A model generated the notes under the pieces. The model was given only the letters and a program-made list of their open reading frames with translations, had not been told where the DNA came from and did no database searches. Positions 18,133-27,578 of a stretch of DNA of 57,562 nt are shown in pieces. Each line of letters begins with the position of its first letter. Positions within the stretch are counted from its first letter, which is position 1. This stretch comes from Candidatus Omnitrophota bacterium (GTDB taxonomy: Bacteria > Omnitrophota > Omnitrophia > Omnitrophales > Aquincolibacteriaceae), in NCBI GenBank assembly GCA_043803685.1, contig JAZDJU010000100.1, positions 1 to 57,562 of the forward strand, read 5' to 3'. Made by a program: the position numbers and the translations under genes.

Positions 18133-19797
18133 ATGAAACGGAAAATCTTGGATAGGTTCGGAGCCGTAGCGATCTTTTATGAGAATTATATTTTGCCTTG
18201 GACCTCCCTCGTCATCATTTATGGGATCGCTGCAGAGGCGTACATTAATCGGGAACAAACCCTGCTTTTACTGCAAAACTTTCTTTCGGGAGGACTCCCG
18301 CCGAGCCAAACATCTTTGCTCCTGCGCATCCCATTCCTTATCGCGCTGTTAACCTACAACCTGACCCTCGCGTGCGGCTTGCTCATACGAAAAAAAGCGC
18401 CTCACGACTTTGAGAGCTTTCAGGAGATCCTGCTTCCGTTCGCTGCCTGTTTTTATTTTTACATTTTAAATCTTTCCGTCTTCTTGCCCCCAGAGATGAG
18501 TATCAATCTAATGCCCGTCTTTCTTCAGCGCTTTTTTATGCTCTTCGGAGTCACGCTGATGGTCATGGGATTTCTTATTGCCGCCATCGGGATTTTCGAT
18601 CTCGGCAACTCCTTCGCCATATTTGTGGAAGCCAGAGGCCTGGTAACGCGCGGACTCTATCGGTTCTCCAGGCATCCGGTCTACTTCGGTCATTTTCTCC
18701 GAACAGTGGGCATGTGTTTGGCTACCAGTTATTTGTTCCACGTCACAATCAATGTGCTCATGATCTACTTGCTTGTTCAAAGAGCGCTTTTGGAGGAGAA
18801 AAAGCTGCTCTCCCATTATCCCGAGTACCAGACCTATCTGGAAAAAACACCTTCTTTTTTTCTTATGCTCTTCGGGAAGGATCGACACGCCCTTTTAAAG
18901 CCAACAGCGATCATCCCTAAAAAAATGTCTACGAGAAAAAAGGTCGGCTGGGCCGTCTTTCTGCTCCTGTCTTTCGCCATCGGATATTTTGCCGTTACCT
19001 ACGGAAAGGGCAAAGCCGGCGTCGCCGCGTCTCAAGATGGCGTGCCCATTTCTTTCACCGTTTACGGTCAAGGCGATCCCACCTTGGTTTTTGTCCATGG
19101 TTGGGGCGGTGATCGCTCATTTTGGGAAAAGCAAATCCCTTATTTCCGAAAGAAATATCGCGTCGTTACGTTAGACCTGGCCGGCCGTGGCAGATCGGGA
19201 AGAAAAAGAACTGTTTATTCGATGAGATCTTTCGGCGAGGATGTCGCAGCAGTCGTGCGAAAGCTCCAGGCATCGAAAGTGATCCTGATCGGGCATTCTT
19301 CGGGAGGGCCGGTCATTGTGGAGACAGCGGCGATCATCCCTGACCGCGTTACGGCTTTGATAGGCGTTGATGCCTTGCAGGATCTTGAAACGACATACAC
19401 TCCGGCGCAGATCCGCTGGGTGGAGGCTCCTTTCAGGACAGATTATAAAAAAGCCATGCGGTCTTTTGTCCAAAGCCTGTGTTTGAGTGGAGCAGATTCC
19501 AGCTTTGTCGATGACGTCACGGAAAGAATGTTGAGAACGCCCGTGGATGTGGGTGTGAGCTCTATGGACGAATTGTTGAAAACCTCCTATATCACCCATC
19601 CGCCAAAGATCACCGCTCCGGTCTGGTGCCTTAATTCCGATCTATTACGTACCAGAGCGAAGAACAACCGTAAATACATCCCCGAGATCAACGTTCGAGT
19701 TATACCGGGCGTTGGCCATTTTATGATGCTGGAAAATCACGAGGAATTCAACCTCCAGCTCGATGCTCTTCTAGAAGAGATCAAAAAAACAAGGTAG
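18133..19797 (+). CDS. Fusion of an ICMT/PEMT-type membrane methyltransferase and an alpha/beta hydrolase
   Basis: LVTRGLYRFSRHPVYFG...EEKKL...YxxY, then a TM helix, FVHGWGG, GHSSGG, GVGHF. Confidence 0.75.
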   Translation: MKRKILDRFGAVAIFYENYILPWTSLVIIYGIAAEAYINREQTLLLLQNFLSGGLPPSQTSLLLRIPFLIALLTYNLTLACGLLIRKKAPHDFESFQEILLPFAACFYFYILNLSVFLPPEMSINLMPVFLQRFFMLFGVTLMVMGFLIAAIGIFDLGNSFAIFVEARGLVTRGLYRFSRHPVYFGHFLRTVGMCLATSYLFHVTINVLMIYLLVQRALLEEKKLLSHYPEYQTYLEKTPSFFLMLFGKDRHALLKPTAIIPKKMSTRKKVGWAVFLLLSFAIGYFAVTYGKGKAGVAASQDGVPISFTVYGQGDPTLVFVHGWGGDRSFWEKQIPYFRKKYRVVTLDLAGRGRSGRKRTVYSMRSFGEDVAAVVRKLQASKVILIGHSSGGPVIVETAAIIPDRVTALIGVDALQDLETTYTPAQIRWVEAPFRTDYKKAMRSFVQSLCLSGADSSFVDDVTERMLRTPVDVGVSSMDELLKTSYITHPPKITAPVWCLNSDLLRTRAKNNRKYIPEINVRVIPGVGHFMMLENHEEFNLQLDALLEEIKKTR

Positions 19798-19845
19798 CCG
19801 GGGCCAGCCCCTTGAGATCCTTATCGGGAACAAGAACAAACCGCG

Positions 19846-20259
19846 CTATTCACCGTAGATCGCGGCAACGATCATTCCCTCGAGCGGCTTCTGGACCAGC
19901 CCGAGAAGCGTCCAGTAAACCACCACCGTGGTGGCGACTGTCATGAAAGCATGCGTCGCCAACATTCCAGGAAGCATTCCAACCGCAAAGACACACAACC
20001 CGAAGACAAAGCCTTTTTTCAGTTTATTTCCCCCGGGAAGGCCTTTCTGGATCAGCGCGTAAACGAACGAAAGTACAACATTCAACACAAGACTGCCGAC
20101 CATAAACGAAGCGCCCGGACCGCCTTCCATGGGTCTCCACACATTCACCGGCTCCAACTTGTACACCCAGTTAAAAATGCCGCCGCAAGTTACCATCCCT
20201 ACGATCACGTTGAAAACAGTGACCCCAAAACCCGCTATAAGTATTTTCCCGATCTTCAT
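19846..20259 (-). CDS. Hypothetical 4-TM membrane protein (DUF1761-like)
   Basis: Four hydrophobic segments, KKGFVFGL; AAGGAG RBS. Confidence 0.65.
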   Translation of the reverse strand: MKIGKILIAGFGVTVFNVIVGMVTCGGIFNWVYKLEPVNVWRPMEGGPGASFMVGSLVLNVVLSFVYALIQKGLPGGNKLKKGFVFGLCVFAVGMLPGMLATHAFMTVATTVVVYWTLLGLVQKPLEGMIVAAIYGE

Positions 20260-20308
20260 CGCGTTATCTCCTTTTTATGGACGTTCATGAAGCTTGGCTG
20301 TGGCTGTA

Positions 20309-20500
20309 GGATTCGGCGCCCCCCCACTCGCCTCATAACACGAGGCAAGTTCCGGGTCGGCCACCCGTCGCTTCAAACATGACATTCCGTCATGTTTGAG
20401 AACAGCGCCTCCCTTCGAATCCCTCCTCGAAGCCTGCGGCGGTCATCGTACGAGACCTCCTTGCGTCTCGACGATGCCGTCGTTGCTTACAGAAGCAACG
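20309..20500. other. Densely structured intergenic element directly 3' of tRNA-Ser
   Basis: Outer stem GGATTCG/CGAATCC encloses three hairpins (including an 11-bp TCAAACATGAC/GTCATGTTTGA); two more hairpins at 20439-20500. Confidence 0.55.
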
Positions 20501-20585
20501 GAGAGGGAGGGATTCGAACCCCCGAAGCCCTTGCGAGCTTAGCAGTTTTCAAGACTGCCGCATTCAACCGCTCTGCCACCTCTCC
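20499..20585 (-). tRNA. tRNA-Ser(TGA)
   Basis: GGAGAGGTGGCAGAGCGGTTGAATGCGGCAGTC-TTGAAA-ACTGC..., long variable arm, GGTTCGAATCC, acceptor CCTCTCC-G; CCA not encoded. Confidence 0.96.
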
Positions 20586-20593
20586 GTGAAAAA

Positions 20594-20668
20594 CCGGGAA
20601 ACGCTACTCGGGGAACGGCTAACGTTACAGCTTTTACGTTCTGCGTTCCCCGTTTCCCATTCCCCGCG
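20594..20668. repeat. Heptamer-repeat hairpin (CGGGGAA family), copy 2
   Basis: CCGGGAAACG..CTCGGGGAACGGC ... CGTTCTG CGTTCCC CGTTTCC CATTCCC CG. Confidence 0.6.
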
Positions 20669-20670
20669 CC

Positions 20671-21177
20671 TCAGCGCTTCTCTTTCCTCAAATTCTTAAA
20701 GAACTCCGAAAGCAGGAACTTCGCATCGTCGGCCATCAGACCCCCAGTGACCTTCACTCGGTGGTTCAGCCGGTCATCTTCCGTAATCCTGAAAAGGCTG
20801 TGGCACGCCCCGGCCTTCGCGTCGCAGGCGCCGTACACGAGGTTCGTGCACTTGGTCATCACCAGCGCTCCCGCGCACATGGGACACGGCTCAAGCGTCA
20901 CATAAAGCGTCGCGCCTTCGAGAGATCCGCGATGTTCTTTCCTGCCGGCCGGTTTCGCCTCCGGGAGCTGACTCAAAGTTTCGGAGGCCTGCGTCAGCGC
21001 GATCATTTCCGCGTGCGCGGTCGGGTCATGAAGCATTTCCATTTGATTGTACGCCCGGGCGATGATCCTCTGCTTCCACACCACCACCGCGCCCACCGGC
21101 ACCTCGCCCTTTTCAAGCGCGATAACCGCCTGCTTGATGGCTTCCTTCATGAAGTGCTCGTGATGGGGCTTTTCCAT
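20671..21177 (-). CDS. tadA: tRNA-specific adenosine deaminase
   Basis: GEVPVGAVV, HDPTAHAEM, TLEPCPMCAGA, LNH. Confidence 0.93.
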   Translation of the reverse strand: MEKPHHEHFMKEAIKQAVIALEKGEVPVGAVVVWKQRIIARAYNQMEMLHDPTAHAEMIALTQASETLSQLPEAKPAGRKEHRGSLEGATLYVTLEPCPMCAGALVMTKCTNLVYGACDAKAGACHSLFRITEDDRLNHRVKVTGGLMADDAKFLLSEFFKNLRKEKR

Positions 21178-21265
21178 AGATCCGCTTTCTGCGATAAGGA
21201 ATGACTGCGATAAACGGGGCTTATTATAAGAGTTTTTGAGAGACGGTCATTACAAAAACATCCAT

Positions 21266-21302
21266 AAAAAAAGCATCGTCTTCTTTCGAAAACGATGCTT
21301 TT
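21266..21302 (-). terminator. Intrinsic terminator after tRNA-Arg
   Basis: AAAAGCATCGT/ACGATGCTTTT stem followed by a U-run on the minus strand. Confidence 0.75.
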
Positions 21303-21308
21303 AAAAAA

Positions 21309-21382
21309 CGCGCCCGGCAGGATTCGAACCTGCAACCTTCGCATCCGTAGTGCGACGCTCTATCCAGTTGGGCGACGGGCGC
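21309..21382 (-). tRNA. tRNA-Arg(ACG)
   Basis: GCGCCCGTCGCCCAACTGGATAGAGCGTCGCA-CTACGGA-TGCGAAGGTTGCAGGTTCGAATCCTGCCGGGCGC-G. Confidence 0.96.
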
Positions 21383-21413
21383 TAGTAATCTTAATATTTC
21401 TCTATTGAGGCTA

Positions 21414-21480
21414 CCGCACTCAATTCTGTTAATTGAGCACGGCACCGTCGAAGCCTAGGGATGCTTCGTACGGTGACCGC
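21414..21480 (-). repeat. Double-hairpin motif in the tRNA-Arg leader, homologous to 20439-20500 (+)
   Basis: 42-nt ungapped alignment with compensatory base changes; a TATAAT -10 lies at 21498-21493 on the minus strand. Confidence 0.65.
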
Positions 21481-21582
21481 TAGAGGGGCGTCATTATACG
21501 CATTATAAGGGGAAATGCTAAAAACAATGCTTTCGGGAGATTAAGGCTCCGGGGCAACCTCTCCCCGCGGATAGCAGACGGT

Positions 21583-22026
21583 TTACGACCAGACGAACTT
21601 GACGTTCTGGGCCCGGACCTTCACGCCGTCGAGATCCTGGTCGCGGCCGTAGGGATACTGACCCTGGCTCTTCATGTCCAGCAAACCGAAAAGGGTTTTG
21701 TTATAGCGAGCCAGGGGAACCCTGTGGTTTTTTTCTACGCCGGGCTCGATCGGGACATTCAGAACTTTTTTAACTACGCCAGTCTGGATCACGCTCCCGT
21801 CTTTGGCGTAATATTCAATCTCGAGATCCAGGTTCTTGGCGAGACGGATGCCTTTATTCCACAACCGGATATGAAGCACCTTGTCGCCGTTGTCCACTCC
21901 GTCCGGGCCCATCTGCCGGGCTCCGGGCTCGATCGAGACGTTGGTCACCTCGACCTCCCGCTCTCCGGCAAAAACCGCCGTGGCGCTGAGAAACATCCAT
22001 CCAACCAAAAAGATCGTCCGTTTCAT
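21583..22026 (-). CDS. Secreted hypothetical protein (Ig-like/FxLYD-like)
   Basis: Signal peptide MKRTIFLVGWMFLSATAVFA; NLDLEIEYYAKDG, IEPG. Confidence 0.6.
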   Translation of the reverse strand: MKRTIFLVGWMFLSATAVFAGEREVEVTNVSIEPGARQMGPDGVDNGDKVLHIRLWNKGIRLAKNLDLEIEYYAKDGSVIQTGVVKKVLNVPIEPGVEKNHRVPLARYNKTLFGLLDMKSQGQYPYGRDQDLDGVKVRAQNVKFVWS

Positions 22027-22168
22027 TTTCGTTCCCTTGTTTGATCCGTTCGCAAGAGTATAGCCTTCCTCATTTTACCAATCCAGAAGAACCTCTTCGC
22101 GCTGAAATCAAAGTCGTCCGCGGGCGGACCCATTGAAGATTTACGCGACGTCGCGTTTTTTTACTCTC

Positions 22169-23818
22169 TCAGGGGATCTCGATGATCAGCATGCTGTAGC
22201 CGATCCTTGCCTTGATGGGATACTGCTTTAGATAGCTATAATAAAAGGGCGGCACGCGAACGAGGCTGGAATCCTCCCTGAGAGCCAGATAGGGATATCC
22301 TTGATAATAATTCACGCTCACCGCGACTCGCTTCCCCCGGGTCCCCTTCTCCAAAAGCCTGTAACGGATCCCATAAATGGCGGGGTCGGCGTTGCCAAAG
22401 TAGGCCAGATCAATGGAGTCCATTTTCTCACGGTCCATATATTCCTTTAAGACCGGCAGGTCCTGCCCCCAGTCGATATTCGAATCGATCAGAAAGTGAT
22501 AGCCGTTCTTCGGCCCGCCCGCCAGTAAATTGAAAAAGGAAAGGAAATGCGGGGCCACGGAAAGGGTTTCCGCGGCATAAAGCAGGGCGACGAGCGAGAA
22601 GAGGGCGGTCTTCGTCGCGGTCTTGAGTTTGATCAGGACAACGCGGGAAACTAGCACATAGATCAGCGGCAGTGTCGGCAGCATGTACCGGAAACCTACA
22701 TTGAGCTTGCCGAAGGCCGTCATGAGGGCATAAAGGGCGATCGCCAAAAAGATCAGCTGTTCGCCGGAGGAAAGCCGGGGGAGTTTGTTCGAGAACCGCA
22801 GAGCGACGCACGCCACCAGCAGGACCAGGAGCGTGACGGGGACTTTAAAAAGAAAGGCGACCTGGTAGTAATACCACCAGCCGTCTTCGGAAACATGTCC
22901 AAGCAGGAACTGGAAATATTTGGCGGACTCGTTCTCGGTCTCGAATTTCTGAAAATCAAATCCCGCCACGTAATCATACGGAAGCGGCAAGCGGAACCCT
23001 CCCGGAAGGTTCTCGGACAACCCCCGCATAATCCCGCTCGAAAAATGAAAATCCCGAATCGGCGAGAAGGAGCCTTGGAATAAATATCCCGCGTTGAGGA
23101 CCACGACCGAAAGAACGACGATGAGCGCCAGTTGCAGCCAGTCTTTGCGGGTGAAGTTCTTTTCCCTTACTGCCAGAAAGAGAACGTAGCTCGGCAGGAT
23201 CACATAAAGGATCAACTCGGTGAATTTCATGAGTTGGGCTAGTCCGATGAAAACGCCCGCGATCACAGCCCTCGACCAGGTCCTGCGGGTCATCCATCGG
23301 AAGATGAAGTAAAGCGCGGCGATGAAAAAAGCGCTCGCGGCCACATCGGTGGTGACCAGGTGGCTGTGGGCCAAAAGATTCGGGCATAAGGCGTAGAGAA
23401 AAAGCGCTAGCCAGGCCGCGTGAAGACCGTACAATTCTTTGGCCCACAGGAACACGAACCACCCTCCCAGGACGCCGAGCAAAAGGATGATGAGCCGGGC
23501 ATCCCTGAAGAGCCGGATATAATCCGGCTTGTGGTTTGACATGAAATCGTCGCCATAGGCCCAGGCATTTCCCTCGGCCAGGGAGGCGGTCCTTGGGAAT
23601 TCCGCGTCCCTTATCCAAAGGGGAATGGCGGCAAGCATTTTCGCCAGAGGAGGGTTATTGTTGCCGAGATGGAATGTGCCGGTCTTAAGATAAGAATATC
23701 CGGACGGCAAATGGTAGAACTCATCGACGGTGACGGATTCCTTGAGCGAGCTCCCGAAGGAAAGGCAAAAAAAGATGCCGAGCAAGACGGGCGGAATGTA
23801 TTTCGTAAGGTATTTCAT
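22169..23818 (-). CDS. GT-C glycosyltransferase (GT39/ArnT-PMT family)
   Basis: TVDEFYHL acidic loop motif, PPLAK, HSHLVTTD, LMKFT, RYMLP, DSNIDWGQDL; about 12 TM helices. Confidence 0.85.
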   Translation of the reverse strand: MKYLTKYIPPVLLGIFFCLSFGSSLKESVTVDEFYHLPSGYSYLKTGTFHLGNNNPPLAKMLAAIPLWIRDAEFPRTASLAEGNAWAYGDDFMSNHKPDYIRLFRDARLIILLLGVLGGWFVFLWAKELYGLHAAWLALFLYALCPNLLAHSHLVTTDVAASAFFIAALYFIFRWMTRRTWSRAVIAGVFIGLAQLMKFTELILYVILPSYVLFLAVREKNFTRKDWLQLALIVVLSVVVLNAGYLFQGSFSPIRDFHFSSGIMRGLSENLPGGFRLPLPYDYVAGFDFQKFETENESAKYFQFLLGHVSEDGWWYYYQVAFLFKVPVTLLVLLVACVALRFSNKLPRLSSGEQLIFLAIALYALMTAFGKLNVGFRYMLPTLPLIYVLVSRVVLIKLKTATKTALFSLVALLYAAETLSVAPHFLSFFNLLAGGPKNGYHFLIDSNIDWGQDLPVLKEYMDREKMDSIDLAYFGNADPAIYGIRYRLLEKGTRGKRVAVSVNYYQGYPYLALREDSSLVRVPPFYYSYLKQYPIKARIGYSMLIIEIP

Positions 23819-23968
23819 AGCTTAAAGTATTTTCTCATAAGCCGGGTGGCGCCTTAAAATGTTTTTTTGCCAGGCGATACAAACCTGATCTTTACCCGAG
23901 AAACAATTTCGCGACCCGCCGCGAATTCCTACGGCATCGCGCAAGCAGGCGGCGGAAAGCCCGCGGGA

Positions 23969-25960
23969 TCAAAGATCCTTCTGCGAGAACGAAGACCGGC
24001 GGTAAATATCGATGGAAGAGCCGTCCGCCACCGCGATCTTTCCGGCGGGGGCGAAGGCTCCTTGATGAAAACGCAGGCCTTCCTTCAATCCATCCTCGAT
24101 TGACTGAACAGCCTTGGAAAAATTCCGTGGCGTTTCACCGGACTTTGTCACGATATAATCGGCGCGTAACACCTCCTCCCGATCGCCTTTCCAGGGCCAA
24201 AGCGCCAGGCCGGACTCGTACATTTCGGTCGGACAAACAATGTCATAGTGGATCTTTTCCAGCAAACACTTCAACCGGACGGTCCCGTAAATTTCCGGAA
24301 TATTGAACAAGAAAAGAACGATCTCCTTTCTGGGAGTCTGCTGAGGATAAAGAGCTTCCAGGATCTTTCTTTTCAAATGCTGCCCCTCGGGCATCCCCAC
24401 CAGAACCTCCCATCGCTGTTCATCAAGAAGTTGGCGCACGCGAGGACTGAAGGTAAGGATCACAGCGCGGATCAGATTCGCTTGCCCGGCATTCAAGCGT
24501 CCGGCGGTCATCTCGCTAAAGAAAAACATGAACGGCAACAGAGTCTCGTTAAGCCAGGTGACAGCCTCGGGAACAGAAAGGGCGCCCGAAGGAACTTTTT
24601 CTCCCGCGTCCTTACAGATACGCCGCACAAGCTCTCCCGCCATCCCAGGGTCATGATCAAATTCGACTTCTAAGAATTTTAAGGATCCGACTATATTTTT
24701 CAGATGTGTGCGATCCTCCTTCGCTTTGAGTATTTCGAAAATATCATCGCCGGCAGTCACAAGGGGTTCCGGATGAAAAGCCAGTCGACCGACCGTATAG
24801 GAGACCTGAGGAACTTTTATTTTAGGGGTATAACCGATCTTGCCCGCATTGTAGGCCCCATACTGGATCAAAGCCACGCTGATCACGATGCCCGACAACG
24901 CCCAAAACCATACGCGGCGCGGAAGAACTAGAGCAAGTCCCCCGGCGCTCACGAGCGCGACGGCCGGAAAGATCGGCAGAATATACCGCGGGTATTGAGC
25001 CGGAAGTAGGCTATAAAATGTCAACGGACAGAAGATCCAGAAAAATAAAATCATGCTGTCTTTATGCCGGCGCCAGAAAACGATCGACAGCGCCATCAAA
25101 GGCAGACACAACCACCCTAACCACACCCCGGTAAAGTTCTCAAAATTAAAAGCATAAAACCCTATCGAGGGATGATTGGCTTCCTGGGCAAGGGCAAAAT
25201 ACTGGCTAAAGGCATACCTGTTTTCGGGGCGAAAATAAACAAACCCGGCGATAGCTCCTGTCACCAGCACGGTGATCAGCGCATTGGCCCAACGTTGCCG
25301 CCGGTCCTTACGGAACGAGGCAAGGATGAAACAATACACGGCCGGCGGCAATAAGAAGATCACGGCCGTTTCTTTGGTGAGTTCGGCCAGGGCCGCGCAA
25401 ACCCCGAGCCAAAAACTATACTTCCTCGAGGAAAATAATTCTGTTTTTAAAAGAATCAGAACCGTCAGGGACACCATGGCCATGAGCGGAATATCCAGCA
25501 TCAACACCCGGCTATGCGCGAAGATGAAGGGGAAGCACAACAGCAGAAAAGCGGCTAGCGCCCCTGCCGCGCGGCCATAAACGATCCGTCCGATGCCATA
25601 AACACTCGCTGTGATCAGGGCCGCGAAACAGGTATTCACCCCCCAGATCATCCACCGGAGATCCGCAAGTCCCAACTTCCTTAACACCTCGAGGATCAGG
25701 GCCGAAAAGATCTCGACCAGAGGCGAATGGCCCTGGGGCACGGACAAATGCAGAATCGCATCCCATTTTTCATGCCACCCGTAATGGCCGGAGAACAAAA
25801 GATCATTAAAAAAAAGGGCCCTCACCATGCGGGCATTCTCATCGAAGACGTGCGCCAAAACACCGTGCTTGAAAAAAAGGAGGTTCCCGGCCGCATGGCC
25901 GATAAAAACCAGCAACAGCAGAAAAAACCACCCCGACCTGTTAACCGCGCGATCCTGCAT
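23969..25960 (-). CDS. GT-C glycosyltransferase (ArnT/GT39-like) with an inserted helical domain
   Basis: FDEN, HSRVLMLDIP, LTKET, RYILPIFP; paralog of 25941-27578. Confidence 0.8.
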   Translation of the reverse strand: MQDRAVNRSGWFFLLLLVFIGHAAGNLLFFKHGVLAHVFDENARMVRALFFNDLLFSGHYGWHEKWDAILHLSVPQGHSPLVEIFSALILEVLRKLGLADLRWMIWGVNTCFAALITASVYGIGRIVYGRAAGALAAFLLLCFPFIFAHSRVLMLDIPLMAMVSLTVLILLKTELFSSRKYSFWLGVCAALAELTKETAVIFLLPPAVYCFILASFRKDRRQRWANALITVLVTGAIAGFVYFRPENRYAFSQYFALAQEANHPSIGFYAFNFENFTGVWLGWLCLPLMALSIVFWRRHKDSMILFFWIFCPLTFYSLLPAQYPRYILPIFPAVALVSAGGLALVLPRRVWFWALSGIVISVALIQYGAYNAGKIGYTPKIKVPQVSYTVGRLAFHPEPLVTAGDDIFEILKAKEDRTHLKNIVGSLKFLEVEFDHDPGMAGELVRRICKDAGEKVPSGALSVPEAVTWLNETLLPFMFFFSEMTAGRLNAGQANLIRAVILTFSPRVRQLLDEQRWEVLVGMPEGQHLKRKILEALYPQQTPRKEIVLFLFNIPEIYGTVRLKCLLEKIHYDIVCPTEMYESGLALWPWKGDREEVLRADYIVTKSGETPRNFSKAVQSIEDGLKEGLRFHQGAFAPAGKIAVADGSSIDIYRRSSFSQKDL

Positions 25961-27578
25961 CCCCGCTCCTTTCGCGCCCCAACCCTTGAGAAACCTGCCG
26001 CGCCCTCTTGTAGACCTCAACGACCGTACCTTCCGGGGCCGGGACCTCGGCCACTTTGGTAAAATGGTCACGATACTCCGCGAACCCGCGCCGTAAACCA
26101 TTTTCAATATCCTGAAGAGACTGCGTGTAAGCCCGAGGCGTTCTGCCCGTCTTGAACCATAGATAATCCGCCTTCAAAACCTCCCGCGGATCGCCTTTCC
26201 AAGGCCAGCTAGACAATGCTTCGGGAAAGATCTCCGTCGCGCAGACAATATCGTAAGGTAACTCTTCCAAATAGGCTTCCCGGCGCGCTACCCCGTAGAT
26301 CTCCGGGATATTAAAAAGGCAAAGCACGAGCTTCTCCGGCTGGCCCGAAACGCGCTCCTTTTTGAGCACCGCCAAAAGATCCTCGCCGGTCCTGAGCGCC
26401 GGGTCATCACGATAGGTCCAACGACCCACTTCATATCCAAAAGCATGGACTTGGAGTCTCGGGGTATACTTCAAAAATCCGGACGCGTAAGCGGCGTATT
26501 GTCCTAAGGCAACGACAAGCACAAGGAACAAGAAAACACGTCGCACCATAATCAAGCGCCCAGGGGCCGTCAGCGCACCCGCCATCAATAAGGCTACCGC
26601 CGGAAAGATCGGCAGGATATACCGCGGCCATTTCGATGGGGGCAAACTATAAAAGATCAAAGGGACCAGCCACCAGCACCATAAGGCAATGTCCTTTCCT
26701 CTAAAACGCCAGGCCGCCACAGCCAAAAGCGGCACGCAAACCCAGATCAGCCATAAACCCACATAATTTTCGAAATTCAACAGGTAAAAAAAGAACGAGG
26801 GATGATCCTTAGCCACGGCCATCCCGAAATAATGTCTGAACGCGTACAGATTTTCCGGGCGCAGATAAATAACCACTGAGAGAAGCACCGCGACTCCCAG
26901 CGCCAGCCCTGCATGCGTGAGACATTTTCTTTTATCTGTCACGGACCGAGCCTGAAAAAAGTATCCAACGGCCGGCGGCAACAGGAAAATGATGGCTGTT
27001 TCTTTGGTGAGTTCCGCCAGCGCCGCGCACAGCCCGAGTGCCAGGCTGTAGCGCCATGACGAGAAATGACGCGTTTTTAAAAGCATCCACACCGATAAGG
27101 ACACCATGGCCGTCAATGGGAAATCCAGCACGAAGGCCCGCGTATGGGCTCCTACGAAAGGGAACATCAAAAACAAAAAAACCGCTGTAAGCCCCGCGGT
27201 CCTGCTATAGAGCAGTTGTCCGATCGCAAAAACACTCATAGCCGCAATGAGCGAATACAGCGCGTTCACCGCCACGATCAGCCAGCGCACCTCCGCTAAC
27301 CCGACAGACCTAAGCGCCTGAAAAACAAAAGCCCCGCACGCATCAAACAAGCGCGGATGCCCCTGAAAGTACGAGAGGCGAAGCGCCGGCGCTGCTTTTG
27401 CTGCCCAGTAGCCCGGCTCAGAGGAAAAAAATATGCGATTAAGCGTGAGCGACCCCATGATGCGGCCATTTTCGTCGAAAACGTAGGCGAAATGACCGTT
27501 TTTAAAAAATGCGATATTAAAGACGATCGTCCCTGCCACGATCCCAAGCAACAAACCCCAGGCAACGAGTTTACGCAT
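25941..27578 (-). CDS. GT-C glycosyltransferase (ArnT/GT39-like)
   Basis: FDEN, HTRAFVLDFP, LTKET, RYILPIFP. Confidence 0.8.
   Translation of the reverse strand: MRKLVAWGLLLGIVAGTIVFNIAFFKNGHFAYVFDENGRIMGSLTLNRIFFSSEPGYWAAKAAPALRLSYFQGHPRLFDACGAFVFQALRSVGLAEVRWLIVAVNALYSLIAAMSVFAIGQLLYSRTAGLTAVFLFLMFPFVGAHTRAFVLDFPLTAMVSLSVWMLLKTRHFSSWRYSLALGLCAALAELTKETAIIFLLPPAVGYFFQARSVTDKRKCLTHAGLALGVAVLLSVVIYLRPENLYAFRHYFGMAVAKDHPSFFFYLLNFENYVGLWLIWVCVPLLAVAAWRFRGKDIALWCWWLVPLIFYSLPPSKWPRYILPIFPAVALLMAGALTAPGRLIMVRRVFLFLVLVVALGQYAAYASGFLKYTPRLQVHAFGYEVGRWTYRDDPALRTGEDLLAVLKKERVSGQPEKLVLCLFNIPEIYGVARREAYLEELPYDIVCATEIFPEALSSWPWKGDPREVLKADYLWFKTGRTPRAYTQSLQDIENGLRRGFAEYRDHFTKVAEVPAPEGTVVEVYKRARQVSQGLGRERSGDAGSRG

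Noticed and set aside
17890..20500. Genomic island integrated at tRNA-Ser
   Set aside because: No integrase, and no direct repeat of the tRNA 3' end was found at a distal boundary.
23880..23968. GC-rich hairpin between GT-C genes as a riboswitch
   Set aside because: No conserved aptamer motifs recognised; the pairing is explainable by GC content.
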